DNA from: Actinomycetes bacterium
GTDB taxonomy: Bacteria > Actinomycetota > UBA4738 > HRBIN12
Direction of reading: 5' to 3'
DNA length: 53,129 nucleotides
NCBI GenBank assembly: GCA_031364965.1
Contig: JANLXF010000182.1
Coordinates: 1 to 53,129 of the forward strand
Of this stretch, positions 17,025-24,279 are shown piece by piece; position 1 is the first letter of the stretch, and the number at the start of each line of letters is the position of its first letter. The position numbers and the translations under genes are program-made. A model generated the notes under the pieces. The model saw only the letters and a program-made list of their open reading frames with translations, did not search any database and was not told where the DNA came from.

Positions 17025-18392
17025 ATGCAGATCCGGGTTCGTAGAGGCGCCGTGGTGTTCGCGGCCGCCCTCGCGCTGATCGCAGCCGCGTGTTCGAGCG
17101 GCGGCAGCACCGAGGGTGGAGGAACCGGCGATCAGGCGGCCGCCGCACCGGCGAGCGTCGACGTCAGCCTCACCGATTTCAAGATCGCCCCGGCCGACGT
17201 GGAGGTGCCGGCGGGCGTCCCGATCACGTTCAACGTGTCCAACGACGGCAAGGCGCCGCACACGTTCGGCGTGAAGGTCGCCGATCAGACCTACGAGACT
17301 CCGCAGATCGAGGTCGGGAGCTCTGCCACCCTCGAGGTGCCCGCGCTCGAGGCCGGGACGTACGACTCGCTCTGCACGATCCCCGGTCACGACCAGCTCG
17401 GCATGACGGGCACGGTCACGGCCACCGAGGGCGGGACCGCGGCAGCGGGCGCCAGCGGTGCGACCGGCGCCACCGGGACGGCGGGCCACGACACAGGGTC
17501 CATGACCGCCGAGGAGATGGCGGCCGGTCACGAGCAGGGCGTGCTCGACTTCCTCGCGGGCAAGGAGACCACCACCTACGGCAACCAGCCGCTCGAGCCC
17601 ACGATGAACGGCAGCGTGAAGGTCTTCAACCTCACGGTCGAGCAGCTCCAGTGGGAGGTGGCCAAGGGCGAGTTCGTGGACGCGATGGCCTTCAACGGCA
17701 CGGTGCCAGGGCCCGAGATCCGGGTGAACCCGGGCGATCGCGTTCGCTTCGTGGTGCAGAACCAGATGGACCAGCCGTTCACGCTGCACTTCCACGGGCT
17801 GACGGTGCCCAACTCCGAGGACGGTGTGCCGTACATCACACAGCCGCCGATCATGCCCGGTCAGTACTGGACCTACAACTTCACGATCAAAGACCCGCCT
17901 GGGATGTACGTGTACCACTCCCACTACAACTCGGCCGAGCAGGTCGGCAAGGGACTCTACGGCGCCCTGAACGTCGTCCCCAAGGCCGGCTGGAAGAGCG
18001 TCTACGGCGTCGAGCCGCAGGTCGAGTACTCGATGTTCCTGGGCGACGGTCCGCTCGGGTACAACCTGAACGGCAAGTCGTTCCCCGCGACGCAGCCGAT
18101 CGTCGCGAAGCAGGGCCAGTGGGTGCTGATCCACATGGCCAACGACGGGTCGCTGCTGCACCCGATGCACCTGCACGGGTACCACTTCACGGTGGTGGGA
18201 GAAGACGGCTTCCCGCTCGCCCGGGCGAACCGGTACCAGGCGGACACCCTCGTGGTGGCGCCCGGGTCTCGTTTCGACATCTTGTTCAAGGCGGTGTACC
18301 CGGGGGCGTGGGCGTTCCACTGCCACATCCTGCCGCACGCCGAGGGCCCCGACGGCATGTTCGGCATGGTGACCGCCGTCGTCGTGCAGTAG
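17025..18392 (+). CDS. Lipoprotein: N-terminal cupredoxin (type-1 Cu) domain fused to a two-domain multicopper oxidase
   Basis: SD AGGAGGAG lies before ATG 17025. Lipobox IAAAC. Cupredoxin ligands APH...CTIPGHDQLGM. MCO motifs L1 HFHG, L2 YHSHY, L3 HPMHLHGYHF and L4 HCHILPHAEGPDGMFGM. Confidence 0.85.
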   Translation: MQIRVRRGAVVFAAALALIAAACSSGGSTEGGGTGDQAAAAPASVDVSLTDFKIAPADVEVPAGVPITFNVSNDGKAPHTFGVKVADQTYETPQIEVGSSATLEVPALEAGTYDSLCTIPGHDQLGMTGTVTATEGGTAAAGASGATGATGTAGHDTGSMTAEEMAAGHEQGVLDFLAGKETTTYGNQPLEPTMNGSVKVFNLTVEQLQWEVAKGEFVDAMAFNGTVPGPEIRVNPGDRVRFVVQNQMDQPFTLHFHGLTVPNSEDGVPYITQPPIMPGQYWTYNFTIKDPPGMYVYHSHYNSAEQVGKGLYGALNVVPKAGWKSVYGVEPQVEYSMFLGDGPLGYNLNGKSFPATQPIVAKQGQWVLIHMANDGSLLHPMHLHGYHFTVVGEDGFPLARANRYQADTLVVAPGSRFDILFKAVYPGAWAFHCHILPHAEGPDGMFGMVTAVVVQ

Positions 18393-18400
18393 GCGACAAC

Positions 18401-18430
18401 GAGGGGCCGGGAGCGCGCTCCCGGCCCCTC
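18401..18430. terminator. Bidirectional intrinsic-terminator-like hairpin between the convergent MCO and histidine-kinase genes
   Basis: GAGGGGCCGGGAGC-GC-GCTCCCGGCCCCTC is a 30-nt near-perfect palindrome. It sits 9 nt after the MCO stop and 17 nt after the kinase stop. Confidence 0.6.
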
Positions 18431-18446
18431 GGCTCGCGGTCCGAGG

Positions 18447-19637
18447 CTAGACGGGGAGCGTCGCGCGGATCGTGGTGCCCTCGCCGGTCACGCTCACGAT
18501 AGTGAGGGTGCCTCCGAGACTCTCGACGCGCGCGCGGAGGTTGCCGAGCCCCATGCCCGCCGGCACGCCGTCGACGTCGAAGCCCACCCCGTCGTCGTCG
18601 ATCTCGAGCTGGGCGCCGCCGTCGATCCGCCGGAGGGAGACCCGGCACGAGGTGGCCGAAGCATGCCGTCCGACGTTCGACAGCGCTTCGCGGGTCAGCT
18701 GGACGATGTCGGATGCGCGGCTGGCCAGCTCGCTCGCGACGTGCTCGTCCACGTCGACGATCGTGAGCACCTCGGTGCGTTCCTGGAATCCCGTCGCGAG
18801 CTCCTTCAGCGCCTGGTCGAGCTGGCGATCGGCGAGGATGCCCGGACGGAGCCCGAAGATGTAGTTGCGCAGGTCGCGGATCGCGCGATCGATGTCTTCG
18901 ACCGACCCTTCGATCCGGCGCGCGATCTCGGAGTCGCGCACCATGCCCGCGGCGCCCTGCAGGCTCATCCCCACGGCGAAGAGCGATTGGATCACGCCGT
19001 CATGAAGCTCTTTCGCGATCCGCTCCCGTTCCTCGAGCAGCTCTAGCCTCGCGAGCTCTTGCTGGGCGAGCTGGGACTCCTCGATCAAACGGGCGTTCTC
19101 GATCGCGGCGCCTGCCTGCGTGGCGAGCACGACGAGCGCCGCCTCGTCCTCATCCGAGAACTCGGGCGCGCCCCGCTTCTCGGTCAGGTAGATGTTGCCG
19201 AAGATGTGTCCGAGCGCCGAGACCGGGGCGCCGAGGAACGATCGCATCGGCGGGTGGTTCGGCGGGAACCCGGCCGAGCGAGGGTCCGCTCCGATGTCGG
19301 GGATCCGCATCGGCCTGCGTTCCTCGATCAGGAGCCCGAGGATCCCTTCACCGACCGGGTGATGCCCGATCCGCGCCCGGGTCGCCTCGTCGATGCCTTG
19401 CGTGATGAATCGCTCGATGCGCGGAGCGGTCTCGCCCAGGACCCCGATCGCGCCGTAGGTGGCCGCGGTGAGATCGACCGCGAGGGCGACGATCCGGGTG
19501 AGGACGGCCTCGAGATCCAGCTCAGCGGCGAGCGCGAGGCCCGCCTCGATCAGCATGCGGTTGCGGTCGGATTCGGTCACCGGTTGGTCGGTCGCGGGCA
19601 CGGCTGCAGCGTAGCGGCCGCGGCGGCCTCTCGCCAT
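18447..19637 (-). CDS. GAF-domain sensor histidine kinase (HisKA_3/NarX-DevS type)
   Basis: GAF domain (YGAIGVLGE...GHHPVGEGILG...FLGAPV). H-box ERERIAKELHDGVIQSLF. HATPase_c motifs (ALSNVGRHA, DDGVGFD, GMGLGNL). The start MARGRRG is at 19637. The 689-aa track ORF over-extends across the CBS gene. Confidence 0.85.
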   Translation of the reverse strand: MARGRRGRYAAAVPATDQPVTESDRNRMLIEAGLALAAELDLEAVLTRIVALAVDLTAATYGAIGVLGETAPRIERFITQGIDEATRARIGHHPVGEGILGLLIEERRPMRIPDIGADPRSAGFPPNHPPMRSFLGAPVSALGHIFGNIYLTEKRGAPEFSDEDEAALVVLATQAGAAIENARLIEESQLAQQELARLELLEERERIAKELHDGVIQSLFAVGMSLQGAAGMVRDSEIARRIEGSVEDIDRAIRDLRNYIFGLRPGILADRQLDQALKELATGFQERTEVLTIVDVDEHVASELASRASDIVQLTREALSNVGRHASATSCRVSLRRIDGGAQLEIDDDGVGFDVDGVPAGMGLGNLRARVESLGGTLTIVSVTGEGTTIRATLPV

Positions 19638-19757
19638 GCGACGGCCTCCGACGCAGGAAGGGCCTCGCGGGGGAGGGACCTCCGCCCCCTGGTGGCGGCG
19701 ACGCGGCGGCCTACGGTGGGATGGGCGCGGGATCGCGCCCCCGGATGAGGAGGCAGC

Positions 19758-20435
19758 ATGCGCACGGTGCGAGACGCGATGACGAGGACCGTAGCGACGG
19801 CGTCGGAGGACACGCCGTTCAAGCAGCTGGTGCGGATGATGCGCGAGCATCGGGTCAGCGCCGTGCCGGTGGTAGGGAGCCACGGCTCGATCGTGGGCGT
19901 GGTGTCCGAAGCCGATCTTCTGCTGAAGGAAGCGCCGGACGTCCGGGAGGCGCATGCCTTCGAAGGCAGGGTGCATCGGGAGGAGCGGCGCAAGTCCGAG
20001 GGGACGGTGGCGCGCGACCTGATGACGCACCCGGCGGTGACGGTCGGCCCCGACGTGCCGGTGACCGAGGCCGCCCGGCTGATGCACGAGCACCGCGTGA
20101 AGCGTCTCCCCGTGGTGGACGCCGAGGGCCGGATCGTCGGCGTGGTGTCGCGGGTCGACGTGCTCGCCGACTACCTCCGGGACGACGCCGAGATCCTCGA
20201 CGACGTCCGGGCGATCCTCCGGCTGGAGTTGCTGCTCGAGCAGGACACGGTGACTGCGACCGTCGAGCAAGGGGTCGTGCGCCTCGACGGTGAAGTGGAA
20301 CGCCGCACGCTCGTCCCCGCGATCTGGGATCGGATCCGCGCGGTCGAAGGCGTCGTGGGGGTCGACGAGCGGCTCACCTGGCAACTCGACGACACGCTGA
20401 TCCCCGTCTCGCCTGTTCCCTGGGTAGGGTTCTGA
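19758..20435 (+). CDS. CBS-pair plus BON domain protein
   Basis: Two CBS repeats (VRDAMTRTVATA...VSAVPVV...GVVSEADLL; ARDLMTHPAVTV...KRLPVVD...GVVSRVDVL), then a BON-like VTATVEQGVVRLDGEVE...VEGVVGVDERL. SD GAGGAGG. Confidence 0.85.
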   Translation: MRTVRDAMTRTVATASEDTPFKQLVRMMREHRVSAVPVVGSHGSIVGVVSEADLLLKEAPDVREAHAFEGRVHREERRKSEGTVARDLMTHPAVTVGPDVPVTEAARLMHEHRVKRLPVVDAEGRIVGVVSRVDVLADYLRDDAEILDDVRAILRLELLLEQDTVTATVEQGVVRLDGEVERRTLVPAIWDRIRAVEGVVGVDERLTWQLDDTLIPVSPVPWVGF

Positions 20436-20448
20436 CGGCTCGCCGCGC

Positions 20449-21084
20449 TCAGACCTGGGCGCGGGCGGGTGGCGCCGAAGCCGCGGCAGCGTCGGGTGCC
20501 GGCGTCTCCACGGCATCGGACGTGAGTGCGCGCGTTGCGCGCTCGGGCGGGGCGGGCCGGGGTGCGCGGTAGCCGTACGACAGACCTCGGACGAGGACCA
20601 GGAAGACCACCAGCAGCCCGGTGAGGGCGTACATCGCCCACATCCACCATCGCTCGGTATCGGTGCCCGCGAAGACCCCGTGGGCGAGCGCGAGGGTGAA
20701 GGAGGGGACGGCCAGCAGGTGGATGCCCCGCCACACCTTGGTGCTCAACCGCTTGCGCACCCATGACGAGACCATGACGGCCACGACCGCGTACATCGCG
20801 ATCACACCGGCGGCGATCGCGAGCGGGCGGAAGGTCGAGCGCATCGGCACGAGCAGATCGAGGATCTGGAAGGGCATGTACGCGTCGACCAGCAGGAATC
20901 CGAGGTGGACCACGAGCAGCACCAGCCCGGCGGTGGCCGTGAACTGATGGAACAGGTTCGCGGCCGGCTTGGAGACCCGCTTCGTGACAATGGACGTCGT
21001 GGCGATCAGTCCCCACGCCACCGACATGAACAGCATCAGGTAGGCGCCCACGCCTGCGGCCCGCAACAGGATCCACGTCGTCAC
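20449..21084 (-). CDS. Ferric-reductase-like (MsrQ/FRD-type) six-TM di-haem-b membrane protein
   Basis: Six hydrophobic helices with His pairs (FHQF/VVHLG and GIHLL/LAHGV) placed as in the Ferric_reduct domain. The GTG start overlaps the apbE stop as GTGA. Confidence 0.7.
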   Translation of the reverse strand: MTTWILLRAAGVGAYLMLFMSVAWGLIATTSIVTKRVSKPAANLFHQFTATAGLVLLVVHLGFLLVDAYMPFQILDLLVPMRSTFRPLAIAAGVIAMYAVVAVMVSSWVRKRLSTKVWRGIHLLAVPSFTLALAHGVFAGTDTERWWMWAMYALTGLLVVFLVLVRGLSYGYRAPRPAPPERATRALTSDAVETPAPDAAAASAPPARAQV

Positions 21085-21953
21085 GCCGCCACGCCCGCTT
21101 CCACACTCACGATCATGTCACCGGCCGGGGTGAGGAACACCCCCGGGACGGTCGCCGCCGCGTCGGGTCCCGACAGGAGCGCCCAGGTCGCGAGGACCTC
21201 GGCCTCCGCGCATGTCGGCGCCCAGACGGTCGCCTGCACGAGCGGGGCGTCTGCCGGGGCGCCGGTCATCGGATCGATCACGTGGTGCAGGCCGTCTCCC
21301 CAGGCTCTGCGCACGGTCGTCGAGGTGGCCAAGGCGCCCGTCGACAGACGCAGGCTGGCGAGCGCCGTCCCTCGCGTATACGGGTCCTCGACGGTGAGCT
21401 CGAGTGCCGGCGCGTCGCCGGCGATCCGAAGGTCCCCGCCGGCCGACACGAGCGCCCAGGCGAGCCCTGCGTCCACCGCCGCGTGGGCGGCGAGGTCGGC
21501 GGTCCATCCCTTGGCGATGCCGCCCAGGTCCAGGCCCACACCGCGAGGGAGCAAGATCTCGCCGTCGCGCAGCTCGATCTCTCGCCACCGGCCGCACGGG
21601 CGCGGGGGGTGCAGGGCGCCACGCGCGCCGGCCAGCACCTCGTCGAAGTCGCGGTCGTAGCCCGCAGCCACGATCGCCTCCAGCACCGCCGGGTCGAAGC
21701 GACCGTCGGTGGCCTCGGCCTGTCGAAGCGCCTCGGTCACCAGCGCCTCGAACCCGCGTGACACCCGGGTCCACCGGCCGGCCGCCTCGTTCACCTGGGT
21801 GAGCTCGCTGTCGCCGCGGAACCGCGAGAAACGGCGCTCCTCCCGCTCGAACACCGACCGGACCGCGTCGAGCGCAGCTCGCGTCCGGTCGGTGTTCGAC
21901 GCGTAGAGGGAGATCTCGCTTCCCATCGCGCGGAAGTCGTGGCGGATGTTCAT
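21081..21953 (-). CDS. apbE: ApbE-family FAD:protein FMN transferase
   Basis: FRAMGSEISL start motif, DPAVLEAIVAAGYDRDF, GGIAKGWTADL, LVSAGGDLRIAG and HHVIDPMTG motifs, all typical of ApbE. Confidence 0.85.
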   Translation of the reverse strand: MNIRHDFRAMGSEISLYASNTDRTRAALDAVRSVFEREERRFSRFRGDSELTQVNEAAGRWTRVSRGFEALVTEALRQAEATDGRFDPAVLEAIVAAGYDRDFDEVLAGARGALHPPRPCGRWREIELRDGEILLPRGVGLDLGGIAKGWTADLAAHAAVDAGLAWALVSAGGDLRIAGDAPALELTVEDPYTRGTALASLRLSTGALATSTTVRRAWGDGLHHVIDPMTGAPADAPLVQATVWAPTCAEAEVLATWALLSGPDAAATVPGVFLTPAGDMIVSVEAGVAA

Positions 21954-21959
21954 CGCGTC

Positions 21960-22337
21960 CTAGGACCCACTCGTGGGCGGAGGAGGTGGTGGCGGAGGTG
22001 GTGGCGCCGTCGTGCCGCCGCCACCCGAGCTCGACACCGTGCCGCTCGATCCCGATGAGGTGTACCCGCCGGAGACATAGGTGACCGGTGCGCTCGCCAC
22101 GGGGTCGACGACCACGACCCGCCGGATCACTTGCCGGATGATCACCTTCTGCCGCTGGGGCTTGCGCCGGTGACGCGCCCCTTCCGAGCCCTGGGCCGGC
22201 TTGGGGGAAACCCCCAAGACGCCCAGGACCGAGAGGAACGTAGCGCCGCCGGTGACCCAGGCGACCGCGCGCACGCGGCCCCTGGACCAGCGGGCTCGGC
22301 GGGGGGCGTCAGTCGTCCGTGACACCCGAGCCACCAC
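21960..22337 (-). CDS. Small membrane-anchored protein, paralog of the upstream gene; basic beta-strand segment, Ser/Gly-rich region, poly-Pro tail
   Basis: High GC3. One TM helix (AWVTGGATFLSVLGVLGV). HRRKPQRQKVIIRQVIRRVVVV. SSGTVSSS motif. PPPPPPPPPP tail. The start is uncertain (GTGs at 22337/22334/22325). It overlaps the upstream ORF by up to 29 nt. Confidence 0.5.
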   Translation of the reverse strand: MVARVSRTTDAPRRARWSRGRVRAVAWVTGGATFLSVLGVLGVSPKPAQGSEGARHRRKPQRQKVIIRQVIRRVVVVDPVASAPVTYVSGGYTSSGSSGTVSSSGGGGTTAPPPPPPPPPPTSGS

Positions 22338-22719
22338 CGTCGTCGGAGGACTCGTCAGTGCTGCCCGGGTCCTCGCTCTCTACCTCGTCGTCTTCACCGC
22401 CGGAGTCGTCGCCGTACGAGCTGTCGCTCGACGAGTCGTCGCCGTACGAGCTGTCCGAGCTCGATCCGGAGCTCGATGACACGGTGCCCGACGAAGCCGC
22501 AGGCAGCGTCAGGACGGCGCCGGCCGGCGCCTGGCCCTTCTTGTGGACCGTGATCGTCTTCTTGGTGGTCTTGATGATCGGCTTGTTCTTCTTGTGGGAC
22601 AGCTTGGACTGTGCCGAGCTGGCCTCAGGGCCGGTCATGCCGACCGCGACAGCGACGCCGCCCACCACCAGGGTGAGCACGAGGCCCGCTGCCACCATCA
22701 TTGCGGAGCGCTTGTTCAT
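22309..22719 (-). CDS. Small membrane-anchored protein, paralog of the downstream gene; basic segment, Ser-rich region, acidic Ser/Asp repeat tail
   Basis: Strong SD GGAGGAGG before ATG 22719. One TM helix. HKKNKPIIKTTKKTITVHKK. SSGTVSSS motif. DSSYGDDS x2 tail. High GC3. Confidence 0.6.
   Translation of the reverse strand: MNKRSAMMVAAGLVLTLVVGGVAVAVGMTGPEASSAQSKLSHKKNKPIIKTTKKTITVHKKGQAPAGAVLTLPAASSGTVSSSSGSSSDSSYGDDSSSDSSYGDDSGGEDDEVESEDPGSTDESSDDGGGSGVTDD
22403..22455 (-). repeat. 30-nt-period coding tandem repeat (23-nt identical core GAGTCGTCGCCGTACGAGCTGTC x2)
   Basis: Identical cores at 22403-22425 and 22433-22455. They encode DSSYGDDS twice. Confidence 0.8.
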
Positions 22720-22849
22720 GGTGCCTCCTCCTTCCGAGGAATCGTCCCGTCCTGGTGACCAAGGTAGGGGGGAGGGGGCAACGGGCCGGAAAACCGGCGG
22801 CCAAGGAGAAGTAAACCCCTTCCGGGCAGCGACGAACGACGGGCGGGGC

Positions 22850-23596
22850 CTACGCGACGTCGAGCGGCGCCGTGAGCACCGGGTCGGTCGTCGGCGCTCC
22901 GGGGCAGTCCGCCGGCTCCACGGTCACGGCCATCAGCTCGGTCGAGCCGATGTCGGCTTCGACGAAGGCGGCGAGGTTCCCCTGGGCGTCGGGCGCGACG
23001 CAGCCCCCCGAGACCGGCGTGTCGCCCTGGATCATCCAGATCTCGTACACGTGATCGGCACCAGGAGCGGGCAGGTCCGAGCCCCAGAAGATCGCCCCGG
23101 GCTCGCCGGGTGTGTAGGCCATGGACAGCGTGCCGGCATCGCCGTCGAACCGCACGATCGTCTGCGCGGGTCGGGCGCTCACCCCGGTGGTGCGGGCGCC
23201 CGGTCGCAAGGCCGTCGCGACGACGGCCACCACCGCGATCGCCGCCGCCACGGCAACGAACGTCCGCCATCCGCGCCCCGACCGTCGTGTGGCGAGCTCA
23301 TCGGCGGGCGCGGCATCGGCGGGCGCGGCCTCGGCGGGCCCGTGCTCGTTCGCGCGTTCGACGGCCTCGTCACGCCCGGACGAGAGGATCCGGTCGGCCA
23401 TGCCCGGGTCGACGGCCACCGGGTCCAGCGAGAACGCGAGCATGGCGGCGGTATCGGCCAGCTCGCGTTCGATCCGGCGACATTCCTCGCAGTCGCCGTG
23501 GGACGCCATCTCGGCCTCGAGCGCGGCGGCATCGGCGCCCTCGATTCCGCCCAGGACCCGGACCGCGAGCAGCTCCTCGATGCTTCCGTGATTCAT
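22850..23596 (-). CDS. Anti-sigma factor, RskA (anti-sigma-K) type
   Basis: N-terminal cytoplasmic helix with an HGDCEEC Cys/His cluster. One TM helix (FVAVAAAIAVVAVVA). C-terminal RskA-like domain (YEIWMIQGDTPVSGG...MAVTVEPADCPGAPT). 4-nt overlap with the sigma gene. Confidence 0.8.
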   Translation of the reverse strand: MNHGSIEELLAVRVLGGIEGADAAALEAEMASHGDCEECRRIERELADTAAMLAFSLDPVAVDPGMADRILSSGRDEAVERANEHGPAEAAPADAAPADELATRRSGRGWRTFVAVAAAIAVVAVVATALRPGARTTGVSARPAQTIVRFDGDAGTLSMAYTPGEPGAIFWGSDLPAPGADHVYEIWMIQGDTPVSGGCVAPDAQGNLAAFVEADIGSTELMAVTVEPADCPGAPTTDPVLTAPLDVA

Positions 23597-24210
23597 CGTT
23601 CGATCCCCCCGAGGGCGGCACGCATCCGACGCATGCCGAGCAGGGTGCGGGACTTCACGGTGCCCAGCGGCAGGCCGGTGGCCTCGGCGATCTGCGACTG
23701 GGAGCGGCCGTCGAAGTACATCATCTCCAGGACCCGGCGCTGTTCCTCGGGAAGCTCGGCCAGGGCGGCCCGGACGGCCCGGCGCTCCTCGGGAAGGCCG
23801 ATGGCCTGCACGACGTCGTCGGCATGGTCGGCCTGTTCCTGCGTGGCGTGAGGGATCGACGCCTCGGCGCGGCGCCGGTGCGCTTCTTCACGGCGCACGA
23901 GGTCGACCGCGCGATGATGCACGGTACCCATCAGCCACGACCGCACGGAACCCCGATCGCCGTCGTATCCGGCCGGATCCTTCCAGACGGCCATGAATGC
24001 CTCTTGCACGATCTCCTCCGCGAGGTGCGCTTGGCGGACGACCCGCAACGCAAGGGCTTTGGCCGAAGGCGCGTAGCGGTCGAACAGACCGCGGAACGCG
24101 TCCTCGTCGCCGTGTTGCAGGCGCGCGAGGAGCTCGCGGTCGCGAGCCTCGGACAGATCAACTGTGCCCAAGGGCTCGCTCCGTGCGGGTTCCAGCATGG
24201 CGAGCATCAC
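23593..24210 (-). CDS. ECF (group 4) RNA polymerase sigma factor, SigK-like by partner
   Basis: Sigma-70 region 2 (FRGLFDRYAPSAKALALRVV...AEEIVQEAFMAVW) and region 4 (LPEEQRRVLEMMYFDGRSQSQIAEATGLPLGTVKSR). Confidence 0.85.
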   Translation of the reverse strand: MMLAMLEPARSEPLGTVDLSEARDRELLARLQHGDEDAFRGLFDRYAPSAKALALRVVRQAHLAEEIVQEAFMAVWKDPAGYDGDRGSVRSWLMGTVHHRAVDLVRREEAHRRRAEASIPHATQEQADHADDVVQAIGLPEERRAVRAALAELPEEQRRVLEMMYFDGRSQSQIAEATGLPLGTVKSRTLLGMRRMRAALGGIER

Positions 24211-24252
24211 GACCTGCGACAGCTCCTGCCGAGCGGGCTTCTCTTGGCAGGT

Positions 24253-24279
24253 ATTCGCAGCCCATCAGGCGTCGGATGA
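24253..24279 (-). promoter_or_regulatory. Candidate autoregulated ECF promoter: TCATCC-N15-GCGAAT
   Basis: On the minus strand, TCATCC (24279-24274) and GCGAAT (24258-24253) lie 43 nt upstream of the sigma start. As I recall it, the mycobacterial SigK consensus is CCATCC/CCGAAT, and this resembles it. Confidence 0.3.

Noticed and set aside
16386-18338. 650-aa minus-strand ORF opposite the multicopper oxidase
   Set aside because: The plus-strand frame carries all four canonical MCO copper motifs plus a lipobox and an SD. The minus-strand product has no recognisable features.
19638-20516. N-terminal 290 aa of the 689-aa track ORF for the histidine kinase
   Set aside because: The extension runs antisense through the CBS-BON gene and is His/Arg/Pro-rich. 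The GAF domain begins right after the internal start at 19637.
22720-22849. Second SigK-type promoter, or a strong terminator, between the anti-sigma gene and the small-protein/apbE operon
   Set aside because: No CATCC...CGAAT-like pair is present. The only features are a TANNNT-like TACCTT without a convincing -35, and a weak 5-bp hairpin. The evidence is too thin to call.
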